Virus record (IMG/VR): IMGVR_UViG_3300042391_001376
Location: 124,001-188,000 of that record
DNA length: 64,000 nt
Reading direction: 5' to 3' (one strand)
Under the pieces are notes generated by a model. That model saw nothing but the letters and a program-made list of their open reading frames with translations. It did no database searches and was not told where the DNA came from. The position numbers and the translations under genes were made by a program. Below, piece after piece: positions 51,977 through 61,584 of the stretch; position 1 is the first letter of the stretch; every line of letters starts with the position of its first letter.

Positions 51977-52062
51977 GCCCAGGTGGCGGAACCGGTAGAC
52001 GCAAGGGGCTTAAACCCCCTCGATTAGAAATGATCGTACGGGTTCGATCCCCGTCTTGGGCA
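51977..52062 (+). tRNA. tRNA-Leu (TAA)
   Basis: Acceptor GCCCAGG/CTTGGGC, loop CTTAAAC, long variable arm, GGTTCGATCCC. Confidence 0.92.
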
Positions 52063-52082
52063 CAAAAGAACAAAGGAACTCT

Positions 52083-53522
52083 ATGCGGAATAAGAGCCAC
52101 TATCTAAAACTGTTGTTAACAACAGCATTAATGTTAACAGTTCTTGTTAACTCAAAAACTAATACAGCTAATGCTGGCGATGTTGCACCAGCTGTTTCAA
52201 CTGTTAAGTTTTATCGTAAACTGACCAACTATTATTTGCCCAATTTATCATCTGCAGTCCCAAGAATGGGTGCAGATATAGCTTACAATAATAACTTCAG
52301 AGGACAAGATTCCTTTATAGTTATTCTTGATACTGGCATTGAAGCTGTCCACTCATTCTTTGGTGGCAGAGTAGCACTTGAAGCTTGCTTCGCCGTCAAA
52401 TGCCCCAATGGTCAAATATCTATGGTTGGTTCTGGTGCAGCAGCCCCAATTCATTGGCACGGTACCCATGTTGCAGGCATTGCCGCTGGACTTAACTCAT
52501 CTATTAGAGGTATAGCACCAAGCGCAAAGATCATTGCAGTAAATGTTTTTGCTGCAGATGGTTCTGCTTCAGACTCTGATCTTATTCGCGCATTACAATG
52601 GGTTGATTCTATATCTGATCAATATAATATTGCGGCTGTCAACATGTCTCTTGGTACACCAGGAACATTTAAATCTTCATGCAACTCTTATATACCAGAT
52701 TTAACTTCAATTATTTCTACATTGAAGTCTAAAAATATTGCTACTGTAGTTTCAGCCGGCAACGAAGGCCAGCGTGGAATGAGTTCCCCAGCATGCATTA
52801 CAGACACTGTCAGTGTTGCCGCAACTTACACTGCTGGAGACGGCAGTGACAGAGTTACTAGCTTTAGCAACGTTAATGAATTAACTGATTTATCAGCTCC
52901 TGGATACAACATAGTGTCTTCCAAACTTATGGGTGCATATGGTGCATCTTCAGGAACATCTATGTCAGCACCTATGGTTGCTGGCGCATTTGCAGTATAC
53001 CGTTCTAAGTTTGGCGTACAATCAGTAGATAAAGTAGTATCTGACTTTCAATCTACTGGAATCAACGCAGTAGATGATTACACCAAAATTGTTACAAAAA
53101 GAATAGATTTTAGATCCCTGTTTTCAACACCTGGATCTACACCCCCACCACCCACCACAACTATTCCCTCACCAACTACAACAACTCCATCACCTACTAC
53201 CACCGTACTTGATGAAGATGATGAATCAGAAGACTATTTAAATATTCCTTACATTATAACTTTGAAAAAGTTTGCAACTAGACTATCTTATATTCGATTA
53301 GACTTTACATACAGATATACAAATATACCTGTGTCTAATTTTATTTTAAGGTGCAGATATGCAGACAATAAAATTGTTGATAAAGTTATTAGCAATAGAA
53401 ACAGAACAACTAATTCTTACTTTATATCAATATCTTCATTAAATATTCGCTCATGTAGAATGGCCGCAGTATCAACAGATGGTACTGTCGGTCAATTCTC
53501 CAAATACATATTGGTGAAATAA
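52083..53522 (+). CDS. Secreted subtilisin-like S8 serine protease with Pro/Thr linker
   Basis: Signal peptide; VILDTG, HGTHVAG, GTSMSAPMVAG; PPPPTTTIPSPTTT linker; start reassigned to ATG 52083 (the track's TTG lies inside the tRNA). Confidence 0.92.
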   Translation: MRNKSHYLKLLLTTALMLTVLVNSKTNTANAGDVAPAVSTVKFYRKLTNYYLPNLSSAVPRMGADIAYNNNFRGQDSFIVILDTGIEAVHSFFGGRVALEACFAVKCPNGQISMVGSGAAAPIHWHGTHVAGIAAGLNSSIRGIAPSAKIIAVNVFAADGSASDSDLIRALQWVDSISDQYNIAAVNMSLGTPGTFKSSCNSYIPDLTSIISTLKSKNIATVVSAGNEGQRGMSSPACITDTVSVAATYTAGDGSDRVTSFSNVNELTDLSAPGYNIVSSKLMGAYGASSGTSMSAPMVAGAFAVYRSKFGVQSVDKVVSDFQSTGINAVDDYTKIVTKRIDFRSLFSTPGSTPPPPTTTIPSPTTTTPSPTTTVLDEDDESEDYLNIPYIITLKKFATRLSYIRLDFTYRYTNIPVSNFILRCRYADNKIVDKVISNRNRTTNSYFISISSLNIRSCRMAAVSTDGTVGQFSKYILVK

Positions 53523-53593
53523 TTATGTATATACTTCCATTAATTGGCATATTAATTATACTTGTTGTACTTTTAACTTAAAAACGGAGTTCT

Positions 53594-53908
53594 ATGAACT
53601 GGCAAGACAGAGCTTATTGCAAAGGGTTTACCCATATATTTTATGGTAAACTTGCTGAAAGACCACAAGCTACAGCTCGTAGAGAAGCAATTGCATATTC
53701 TATTTGCGCAAAATGTCCAGTCTTTAACGAATGCAGACAACATGCTAGAGCTCATGGCGAGCTAGGATATTGGGCTGGAGAAAATGAATATGATAGATAT
53801 TTGTTAGGTTTTAAACCAATAGTTTCATTTGGTGCTTTTTTAAGATCTGCTCAGATTTATTTAGAAAGAAAACAAAAATTAATTAAAAAGGAAAATAAAA
53901 CATCATGA
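53594..53908 (+). CDS. whiB: WhiB-family transcription factor
   Basis: WQDRAYC...C..CPV..EC...A...GYWAG. Confidence 0.88.
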   Translation: MNWQDRAYCKGFTHIFYGKLAERPQATARREAIAYSICAKCPVFNECRQHARAHGELGYWAGENEYDRYLLGFKPIVSFGAFLRSAQIYLERKQKLIKKENKTS

Positions 53909-54147
53909 CTAAGAACAAAAAAATTGATTCTAAAATTAATGATATCAAAGATCATTTAGCAACGGCTATTTACACTAGAAGAACTAGTCTCGGATATACA
54001 CAACAACAGCTTGCTGATGTTTGTGCTATAGACCGCAAAACAATTAATCGTATTGAAAATGGACATTTTTCCCCAAACCTTGATACATTAGTGCGGATCT
54101 TTGATATACTAGACATCAAATCAAAATCAGTGTTTGAAGCTAAGTAG
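53905..54147 (+). CDS. XRE-family HTH regulator
   Basis: RTSLGYTQQQLADVCAIDRKTINRIENG...PNLDTL. Confidence 0.92.
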   Translation: MTKNKKIDSKINDIKDHLATAIYTRRTSLGYTQQQLADVCAIDRKTINRIENGHFSPNLDTLVRIFDILDIKSKSVFEAK

Positions 54148-54327
54148 TAAAACATTATGAATTGGTTTGACTGGCTTAGAATTGCACTTGTTATTCCAGC
54201 TACTTTAGCTGTTATTGGATTAATTTTAGTGTTAGTTGATGACATTAAACAAAACAAATAAATATTAATAGGGGATCCGTTAGCGTATAGCTCGGCTTAA
54301 ACGACACTGTGGTGTGCCCTATTATAT

Positions 54328-54403
54328 TGGCGAGTAGCTCAGTTGGCAGAGCAAGGGACTGTTAATCCCTGGGTCGTAGGTTCGAGCCCTACCTCGCCAG
54401 CCA
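54328..54403 (+). tRNA. tRNA-Asn (GTT), CCA encoded
   Basis: Acceptor TGGCGAG/CTCGCCA, loop CTGTTAA, T-arm, G discriminator + CCA. Confidence 0.95.
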
Positions 54404-54574
54404 TGATACAACTTATAAAACAAATAATTTTACCTGGACCATTTGATCCAGACTTAAGACTACCAATTATTATTATTATATCAATGATTTTTTATATGAG
54501 AAATTATATAAAAAGAAATTGGGATTACATTCAAGATGAACTTGATAGTGATTGGGAATAACATTTAATAGATT

Positions 54575-54647
54575 GCGCTTTTAGCTCAGTCGGTAGAGCA
54601 CCGGACTTTTAATCCGTTGGTCCTGGGTTCGAACCCCAGAGAGCGCA
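54575..54647 (+). tRNA. tRNA-Lys (TTT)
   Basis: Acceptor GCGCTTT/AGAGCGC, loop CTTTTAA, CTGGG-TTCGAAC-CCCAG. Confidence 0.93.
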
Positions 54648-54712
54648 CAAGTGCTCGAAATAAAAACATACTGTGATATGTCTTTTGGCACAAGAACTAC
54701 AAAAGGAACAAT

Positions 54713-55426
54713 ATGAAAAACAAAATTAAATTATCTTTAGTTACATCTTTATTAATACTAGGATCTTTATCTTTTCCAACAGCTTTACTTGCTAATAATC
54801 AGGAGCCTATATTGATTCAAATATATGATACTGATATTGGCACTGAAGCTTTTGAGCAGTTGGTTAATTACGGCAATGGCGGTCATGCTGCATTAGGTGC
54901 TATACTTGGGGATGCCCAAAATATGCAACAGAACCCAGGTATCGGCCTTGGCATTGGTTCAGGTGGCCTCGGTTATAGGCCTTCTGTTACTATCGCCGTA
55001 TGGACTGATGCAGTCTTTGACAAATCTCTTGGATTGGCTACTATTAAAAGTTACTTTAATGTACCTAGCAGTCCAGTAACTACCAACGGTGATTGTGCTA
55101 TAGCTTGCGATGGAACAGTTCAACAACCTGAACCTGTCCAACAAATAGTGGAGACTGTTGTTCAACAACCTGTTTTAATTCAACAGCCAGAACCGCAAGA
55201 ACAAGCATCAGCACCACAAATATTATTAGATAATACACCACAGCATATAGAGCCCACAGTATCTCTTGAACCACTTTCTTCATATACTACTCCAGCTGTT
55301 TTGACTCTTCAATCATCTATTAGTAACAAAGTTGTTTCTGATAAAAAAGTTATTAACAAAAAGAAAATTATCACCAAGAAAGTAGCACGACATGCCACCA
55401 GTAAAGCAGTTAAAAGACACCCGTAG
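54713..55426 (+). CDS. Secreted hypothetical protein with Q/P-rich linker and basic tail
   Basis: Signal peptide, QQPEP repeats, K-rich C-terminus. Confidence 0.65.
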   Translation: MKNKIKLSLVTSLLILGSLSFPTALLANNQEPILIQIYDTDIGTEAFEQLVNYGNGGHAALGAILGDAQNMQQNPGIGLGIGSGGLGYRPSVTIAVWTDAVFDKSLGLATIKSYFNVPSSPVTTNGDCAIACDGTVQQPEPVQQIVETVVQQPVLIQQPEPQEQASAPQILLDNTPQHIEPTVSLEPLSSYTTPAVLTLQSSISNKVVSDKKVINKKKIITKKVARHATSKAVKRHP

Positions 55427-56224
55427 TCCAGAAGAAATTGCCATCCAATCCGCAATGACTTCACACTATACTATTTTGGTTCCAGGCTATAAAGCTAAAA
55501 ATGTACGCATTAAAAATCCACTTACTGGTAAAGACCCACTCTTTAGCGTAGAAGATCCACAATTCTTTGAGTTGTTTTATGATCTTGCTCAAAAAGGTCT
55601 TAAAGAAAAAATGATGCGCGAGATTGAAACATTTGCTGCCAATCTAGATCCTGATTGGCAAGCTGTTTATTCTGCTCTTGAAGGTTACTTCAAAGCAAAA
55701 GAATCTTCTAATGAGATTGCTTAAATCTTTAGTTACACGTAATATCCAACATGCTAGAACAAGACGATCTGAAATTTTAGAAAATGATATTTCAACTATT
55801 CGTTATTGGGATGGATACATAAGTGCTTTAGAATCCATAGTGCACGTTTTACCTGAAGACACCGAAACACATGAACAACAAGAAAAAATACATGGACACC
55901 AAACAGATTAAATCAGGAAGTTCTACGCTTCTAATCCTAAATTACTTAGGTATGCGAAAGCGTATGGATAAACCTTGGGCAACAGATTTAAATATAGCTC
56001 AGTTTTTTTCACATAAGTTACAAAAAAGAACTAAGCAGGGCGCGGATGCTAGACAGGCTTTAGATAATTTGCTTAAAGCAGATTATGTTGTCAAAAAAAA
56101 AATTAAAGGTATTGATTATTATTCTATTACAGAATTAGGTTGTCGCATACCTTATATAGTTGCAAACCGTCTAGCTAGCAGCCCTACTTATCAACACAGA
56201 ACTAAACATCACAACGATGATTAA
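55392..56224 (+). other. Three hypothetical genes (55392-55724, 55678-55911, 55871-56224; the last is winged-helix-like)
   Basis: Overlapping ORFs in operon order; true starts probably a little downstream of the track's. Confidence 0.5.
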
Positions 56225-56385
56225 TTAAATCTGCGTGGTTCTTTGATCGCATCCCAATACATTTGTCCTACGCGATCTTCGTAACTTCTAGGTGTATTGT
56301 GATATTCGTAGTTGTTTACTGCTTTCATTGTAAATTTATGAAATGTAAATGCTATTGCTGTTAAAATTATTAGTGTGATTATCAT
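56221..56385 (-). CDS. Small membrane peptide (54 aa) on the opposite strand
   Basis: MIITLIILTAIAFTFHKFTMKAVNNYEYHNTPRSYEDRVGQMYWDAIKEPRRFN; fills an otherwise empty gap. Confidence 0.5.
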   Translation of the reverse strand: MIITLIILTAIAFTFHKFTMKAVNNYEYHNTPRSYEDRVGQMYWDAIKEPRRFN

Positions 56386-56461
56386 GTTCTACATAGTATC
56401 ATGCTATCACGTTAAGTGAACCCACTAACTTGTAGTATCTCTAAAATAGATAGGTCCCATC

Positions 56462-57001
56462 ATGCATGAAGAAGTATTAGCTTGTTCGTATTCTAAATGT
56501 GATGTTTATCTTTTGAAGCCCGGCAAAGCTCAATGTTCTTATGAGGGCACTGATGAATGCAAGGCTGAAACAGAATATTTACAGAACACTATTGATAAAA
56601 CTAAAGTTCTTAAAACAGATAAAGAATCTTTTAACGAAATCAAAAAATTGGAAGATGACATTAAACTTTGGAAGAAAATTGCAGATGATTGGAGACAAGC
56701 AGCTATTGCACTAGCAACAGACGCAGGTGATCCTTACATGGCTATAGACTGTTATGAAGATATTAGCAGTGGACTATACGATACAGTCCGCGAAAGAATG
56801 TATGTTAGTCCATCAACTAAACAAAGAGCTTTTGATGGCATTCATGATTATGCAACTTTGATTTGTACAAAAGCAGGCGAAGCTCAAGAACTTAGAGTTG
56901 CAGCAGAAGATGTTAGTGATGCTGAGAATACCTATTATTGGGAAGGCTATGAAGCAGCATTAGACTTTGCTATTGACTCATTGCCAAATTATAACAATTA
57001 A
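56462..57001 (+). CDS. Hypothetical protein
   Basis: 179-aa ORF with Cys-rich N-terminus and coiled coil. Confidence 0.6.
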   Translation: MHEEVLACSYSKCDVYLLKPGKAQCSYEGTDECKAETEYLQNTIDKTKVLKTDKESFNEIKKLEDDIKLWKKIADDWRQAAIALATDAGDPYMAIDCYEDISSGLYDTVRERMYVSPSTKQRAFDGIHDYATLICTKAGEAQELRVAAEDVSDAENTYYWEGYEAALDFAIDSLPNYNN

Positions 57002-57006
57002 TTATG

Positions 57007-57079
<73 letters not shown>

Positions 57080-57081
57080 CT

Positions 57082-57303
57082 ATGAAAAAAATACTTATAT
57101 TATTTATATTAATAACAACACTTTCTAGTTGTGCTACTTCTAGCTACGATAACTATTATCAAGAAGAACCTTATCCAGGTTATAGTGATGGTTATGATCA
57201 AGACTGTTCAGACATTGGTCAAGAAGTTCCAGTCCCATATGATGATCCAGATGGTCTTGATGCTGATGGCGATGGCTGGGGTTGTGAAAGTTACGGAGGC
57301 TAA
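57082..57303 (+). CDS. Lipoprotein with Excalibur-like Ca-binding domain
   Basis: Lipobox LSSC; DQDCSD...DPDGLDADGDGWGCE. Confidence 0.8.
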   Translation: MKKILILFILITTLSSCATSSYDNYYQEEPYPGYSDGYDQDCSDIGQEVPVPYDDPDGLDADGDGWGCESYGG

Positions 57304-57305
57304 TT

Positions 57306-57476
57306 ATGAAAACAGAATCTGAACAACAACCATATATTAAACAAATGCCTAAGGGTGAATGTACTTATTGCGACCTAGAGTATGATAAGCCTACTGGCTT
57401 CTTTCCGCCTCACACAGCGTCTCCTAGGTGCCAATCAGGGCATCACAGTCACTGTACCTGCGATACTTGTTTTTAG
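57306..57476 (+). CDS. Small Cys/His-rich Zn-binding protein (56 aa)
   Basis: CTYC...PHTASPRCQSGHHSHCTCDTCF. Confidence 0.65.
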   Translation: MKTESEQQPYIKQMPKGECTYCDLEYDKPTGFFPPHTASPRCQSGHHSHCTCDTCF

Positions 57477-57482
57477 GACTTT

Positions 57483-57752
57483 ATGAAAAAATATATTATA
57501 ATACCAATATTAACTTTAGTGTTAGCCTCTTGTTCTATTGGTGAGCCCTGGTCACAGCAGCGCACTGAGAAATTAAGAGAAGAGTTTTGCGTTGATCTTA
57601 TGGAAGAACAACCATACTCTGGAAGTTGTGATTGTTTTGTCGCAGCAACACTAAAGAACTTTAAAACATTTACATCTTATGCTAGAGCAAGTGGTCCATC
57701 AGAACAATACCGCAAAGACCTTGAGTGGTGCGGTTATTTACTAAAACCATAA
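57483..57752 (+). CDS. Lipoprotein
   Basis: Lipobox LASC; paired Cys. Confidence 0.7.
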   Translation: MKKYIIIPILTLVLASCSIGEPWSQQRTEKLREEFCVDLMEEQPYSGSCDCFVAATLKNFKTFTSYARASGPSEQYRKDLEWCGYLLKP

Positions 57753-57773
57753 TTACAAATAGGAGTAAACTTT

Positions 57774-58802
57774 ATGATTAATCAATCTATGAAACATTGG
57801 TCAAAAGAAGAAAGAAAAAGTTTTAATCAAACACTTGATCAAATTGCCAATCAACTTGGTTACGCTTTAAAGTATTCTGCAGATGGCCCAGTTTTTGAAA
57901 TAGGTACAATGGAACAGCTTCAAGAGACTGTTACCTTTTTTGAAGAACAGGACGCTATGTGCGGTTGCAAAAAAGCTAGTAGTCTTGTTATCGTTCCAAT
58001 ATCAGAATTACATTGGAGCACAAGACGTAGTTTGGTAAAAGAAAAACTTGAACGTAGAGCTCTTATGGATGCAGTAGACAGTCAAAATAATTAAACCTTT
58101 AAATATAAAAAAGGAACAACATGCAAACAATAACATTGCCTTTAAACCCAGCCAATTACTTTGGCACATTGCCAGCAGTAACTAATCTATCTGTTGGTGA
58201 TATACTTTATATTGGCCCAAGAGACTTAGTCGAAGAAATGACAATTCAATCTTTTGAAAGAGATGATGTTAATTTTATTATTAATACCGACAAAGCCGTA
58301 CTTGTAGCCACAAGAACTACACGCGTTAACAGAAAAGATATTTAGCATGGGTATGGATGTTTACGGAACAGAACCTATTGACCCAAAGGGTGAATACTTC
58401 CGCAATAATGTTTGGTGGTGGCGTCCACTTTGGGACTACTGTTTAACTCATCATCCAGATCCTGCAGCAAAAGTGGAAAATGGACACTCCAATGATGGAG
58501 ATGGACTCAACGCTACAGATGCCACAAAACTTGGTACACTTTTAAAACAGGATATACTTTCCGGTAAAGTGGATTCATATGAAGAAAAATACAAACAGGA
58601 ACTTGAATCATTACCTATGGGCAAATGTGAACATTGTTCCGGTACTGGAATACGCAATGACGAATATGTTCAGGGCACTTGTAACGCTTGCAAAGGCGAA
58701 GGCAAAGTAAAGCATTGGGCAACCAGTTATCCTTTTAGTAAAGAAAATATTCAAGAGTTTTCTGAATTCTTAATTAATTCTGGTGGCTTTAGCATTTGTT
58801 AA
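57774..58802 (+). other. Three hypothetical genes (57774-58094, 58121-58345, 58347-58802; the last has a DnaJ-type Zn finger)
   Basis: SD-led ORFs; CEHCSGTG...CNACKGEG in the third. Confidence 0.6.
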
Positions 58803-58808
58803 ACCATC

Positions 58809-58880
58809 GCCCGTTTAGCTCAGTGGTAGAGCTCTGCACTTGTAATGCAGTGGTCCTCGGTTCAATCCCGAGAGCGGGCT
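58809..58880 (+). tRNA. tRNA-Thr (TGT)
   Basis: Acceptor GCCCGTT/AGCGGGC, CTGCA-CTTGTAA-TGCAG, CTCGG-TTCAATC-CCGAG. Confidence 0.92.
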
Positions 58881-58882
58881 CT

Positions 58883-59067
58883 AAGACAGTAGCGTGTCCT
58901 ACTTAATCGTGGGCGAACCCAATGATGCAATAAGCACGTGAGACCCATATTCTCTTGGCATCACTGCTGTCTTTTATCTTCATGATAGTAGCGCATTTCA
59001 ATGTTGGTAATGATAGAATATAATGCGTACTACAACTTCCCGTTGTGGAACTCTATCACTACTATCA
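58883..59067 (+). ncRNA. Two adjacent structured RNA candidates between tRNA-Thr and the tRNA-like element
   Basis: 10-bp stem 58883-92/58964-73 with internal hairpins; second unit 58983-59067 with alternative stems. Confidence 0.45.
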
Positions 59068-59124
59068 CCTTTTACAGAAAGATAATTAAATGTCAACTAA
59101 CCGAATAGGTAGCCGCTAATATAC

Positions 59125-59199
59125 AGGGCGGTATACCCTCACTCTTATAAAGTGTTGAAAGGTTAGTTGGTCCACGTGGGTTCAATCCCCACCCGCCCT
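59125..59199 (+). tRNA. Non-canonical tRNA-like element, TAT (Ile) anticodon, no D-arm
   Basis: Acceptor AGGGCGG/CCGCCCT, anticodon arm CACT-CTTATAA-AGTG, T-arm GTGGG-TTCAAT-CCCAC, very short D region, long variable region. Confidence 0.55.
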
Positions 59200-59216
59200 A
59201 CTAGTCAGGCATCAAA

Positions 59217-59549
59217 ATGTTAATAGAACGAAAGCCCTGGATGCAGGAATCTTCTTGTAATGAAGAAGATACAATTGTATTTTTCCCTAACAGATATACT
59301 GAAGCTACAGTGGCTAAGCCATTTTCTCTATGCGACACATGTTTAGTTAAAGCCGACTGTCTTTACGAGGCAATGATTACTGATTCTGTTGGCATATGGG
59401 GCGGAACAACCGAATACCAACGACTCATGCTTTTATCTAAATTATTTAATGATAACTCAAAAAATGTTAACATGAAAGCAATTATTAAGATAATAGAAAA
59501 CAACTACTACTCAATACCAATTTCATCTAGATATGAACAAAAATATTAA
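59217..59549 (+). CDS. whiB: WhiB-family transcription factor
   Basis: W...SSC...FFP...C..C.V..DC...A...GIWGG. Confidence 0.9.
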   Translation: MLIERKPWMQESSCNEEDTIVFFPNRYTEATVAKPFSLCDTCLVKADCLYEAMITDSVGIWGGTTEYQRLMLLSKLFNDNSKNVNMKAIIKIIENNYYSIPISSRYEQKY

Positions 59550-59590
59550 TTCTAAAAAAAGCCTTATAGATCAAAAGAGTAGGTAGCATA

Positions 59591-60334
59591 ATGACAAACG
59601 AAGCTTTCTCCAACGATGATGACCTGTTTTCTTACGACCCTTCGCAAGAACCAGTAATTGATAAATCAGATTTTTCTGCTAGTGCCTCAGGCAAAGTTAA
59701 TTCTGACATATTAGAAGACATATCTAAACGGATAGATGGCGCAAAGGATGATGATATCCTTGGATCTTTTAGTATGAAAATAAGATTTGCTCAATCCTTC
59801 ATTGAATCATATACTTATTTCATTCAAACTAGTAACACCTTTTTCCATAGAGCTGTACACCAAACTTTAGATCAATTAACTTCTGGTAGATTCTCTATGA
59901 TATACATGTTTAATCATTTAGAGCATAACTTGTTGCGCCGGCTAAATGTTAAGTATATCTTAGAGAATACTTTTTTAGATACCGGTGAACCATCTTCTGA
60001 AGATTTTCAAACATTTCTTAAAAGAGTTGGTTTAGATTTAGATGAAACTTTTATTGGTTGCTATATTCAAAGTAATATAGATATCAACAATCATGTCATT
60101 AATAACGAACGGTCTTTGTACATGGAACTAGCAGAACGCTTAGACTTAAACCCACACCACGTCATTGCTAATTCAAATCCAACACTAGACGATTTGGTAG
60201 GGTCTCTTCCAACTTCTGTAGACAGATATCATCAAGAAATGTATGAAGCCATGTTCGCTTCATTAGCTGATTCTGGGTATACAGATAAACTTTCTGATCT
60301 TTATTCTGACAAAGTTAGGCTATCTCAAATATGA
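59591..60334 (+). CDS. Acidic hypothetical protein
   Basis: 247-aa ORF with SD. Confidence 0.65.
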   Translation: MTNEAFSNDDDLFSYDPSQEPVIDKSDFSASASGKVNSDILEDISKRIDGAKDDDILGSFSMKIRFAQSFIESYTYFIQTSNTFFHRAVHQTLDQLTSGRFSMIYMFNHLEHNLLRRLNVKYILENTFLDTGEPSSEDFQTFLKRVGLDLDETFIGCYIQSNIDINNHVINNERSLYMELAERLDLNPHHVIANSNPTLDDLVGSLPTSVDRYHQEMYEAMFASLADSGYTDKLSDLYSDKVRLSQI

Positions 60335-60789
60335 GCAAAAAGCATTTAAAACAATTTTTACTGTCCGTGGCTACAGCTTCTGCTGTTGCTGCAATAAACT
60401 ATACTATATTTCATAGTCATTTTGTTTTTGTAGTATTAATGGTTTTAATTGCTCACGAACTTGGTCACTATATAACAGCAAGAATGAATGGCGCTAAAGC
60501 AGATCTTCCATACTTTATCCCATTTCCAATAATTTCTATTGGCATAACACATATTAAGAATATGAAGTTTCTTTCTAAATCTACTAGAAAGAAAATATTG
60601 GCTTATGGTCCCATAACTGGATTCATTACAGCTTTTTATTTTTTATTATTATCACTTCTCTTTTCATCACTCCCATCAGCTCCACTTTTATTTATTTGTT
60701 TTTCTGAATTGGTATTTAATTATTTTGGTTCTGATGGTAAAAAATATCGTCAAATAAAAGAACAGGAATTATCTTTATGTATTTCATAA
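60331..60789 (+). CDS. M50-family (site-2) membrane zinc metalloprotease-like protein
   Basis: TM-embedded AHELGH, AYGP and GSDG motifs. Confidence 0.8.
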   Translation: MSKKHLKQFLLSVATASAVAAINYTIFHSHFVFVVLMVLIAHELGHYITARMNGAKADLPYFIPFPIISIGITHIKNMKFLSKSTRKKILAYGPITGFITAFYFLLLSLLFSSLPSAPLLFICFSELVFNYFGSDGKKYRQIKEQELSLCIS

Positions 60790-61566
60790 TTGCACCATTG
60801 GTGTTAATAGGTTTAGCTGCAAAGCTAATAAACAATAAAATAGATAAACAAAAACAAAATAATGACTCATTGTTATTTAACAGTGAGCTTTCCAAATTCA
60901 TGCAACAGATAACCAAAGAGGCAGATACCAGTGACACCGACAGAAACAATATACGACAATTCACCAAAAAACCAAAGCGCAATCAATTCTAAAAAAATAC
61001 AATCTTATTTAGATGATTGTTGTTTTGATATGCAAGTAAACCCAAACAGCACACTATCTGGAACAGAAGCATATATCATAAAAATGATATCTAAAATTGC
61101 TGTTGGTTCTGCGACTGTGTGGTGGTCGGTTATTGAACTTAGACAATTTATTAAAAATCGCAAATCCTTGTAAGGAGAAATAATGAGCTCAGAAGATTAT
61201 AAAAAGTTAGATAAAATTAAAAAATTTAACTTTTCTTTTGATATGGTAACAAAAAGTAAAGCTGAGCTCCAAGAACAACGCGATGCAGTAAAGGAAAGAA
61301 TAGACAAGATCGTTAACCATTTTACGATAGACGATGTACCTATTCTTTCCTACATACTGCATGTAACTACTTCTCGTGTAGAATTAAAGAAGCTAGCTAA
61401 AGCTATAGACAGACTCGCTGATTTAGCTGATGTCAATACTGCCTTAAGTAATAAGCTTAAAGTTATCGAAGCTGCAGAGTCAGACCCAAATTGGTTTGCT
61501 CTAGCTTTTGGTGACTTTGACCAAGAAATTGATCTTGATCTAGAAAAATTTTTTACCCAAGAATAG
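60777..61566 (+). other. Three small hypothetical genes (60777-60992, 60931-61173, 61183-61566)
   Basis: ORFs in operon order. Confidence 0.5.
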
Positions 61567-61584
61567 CCTAAGGAATATAATATC

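Noticed and set aside
58881-58975. HDV-like theta ribozyme after tRNA-Thr
   Set aside because: Could not assign the P1-P2-P3-P1.1-P4 order or the catalytic C by eye
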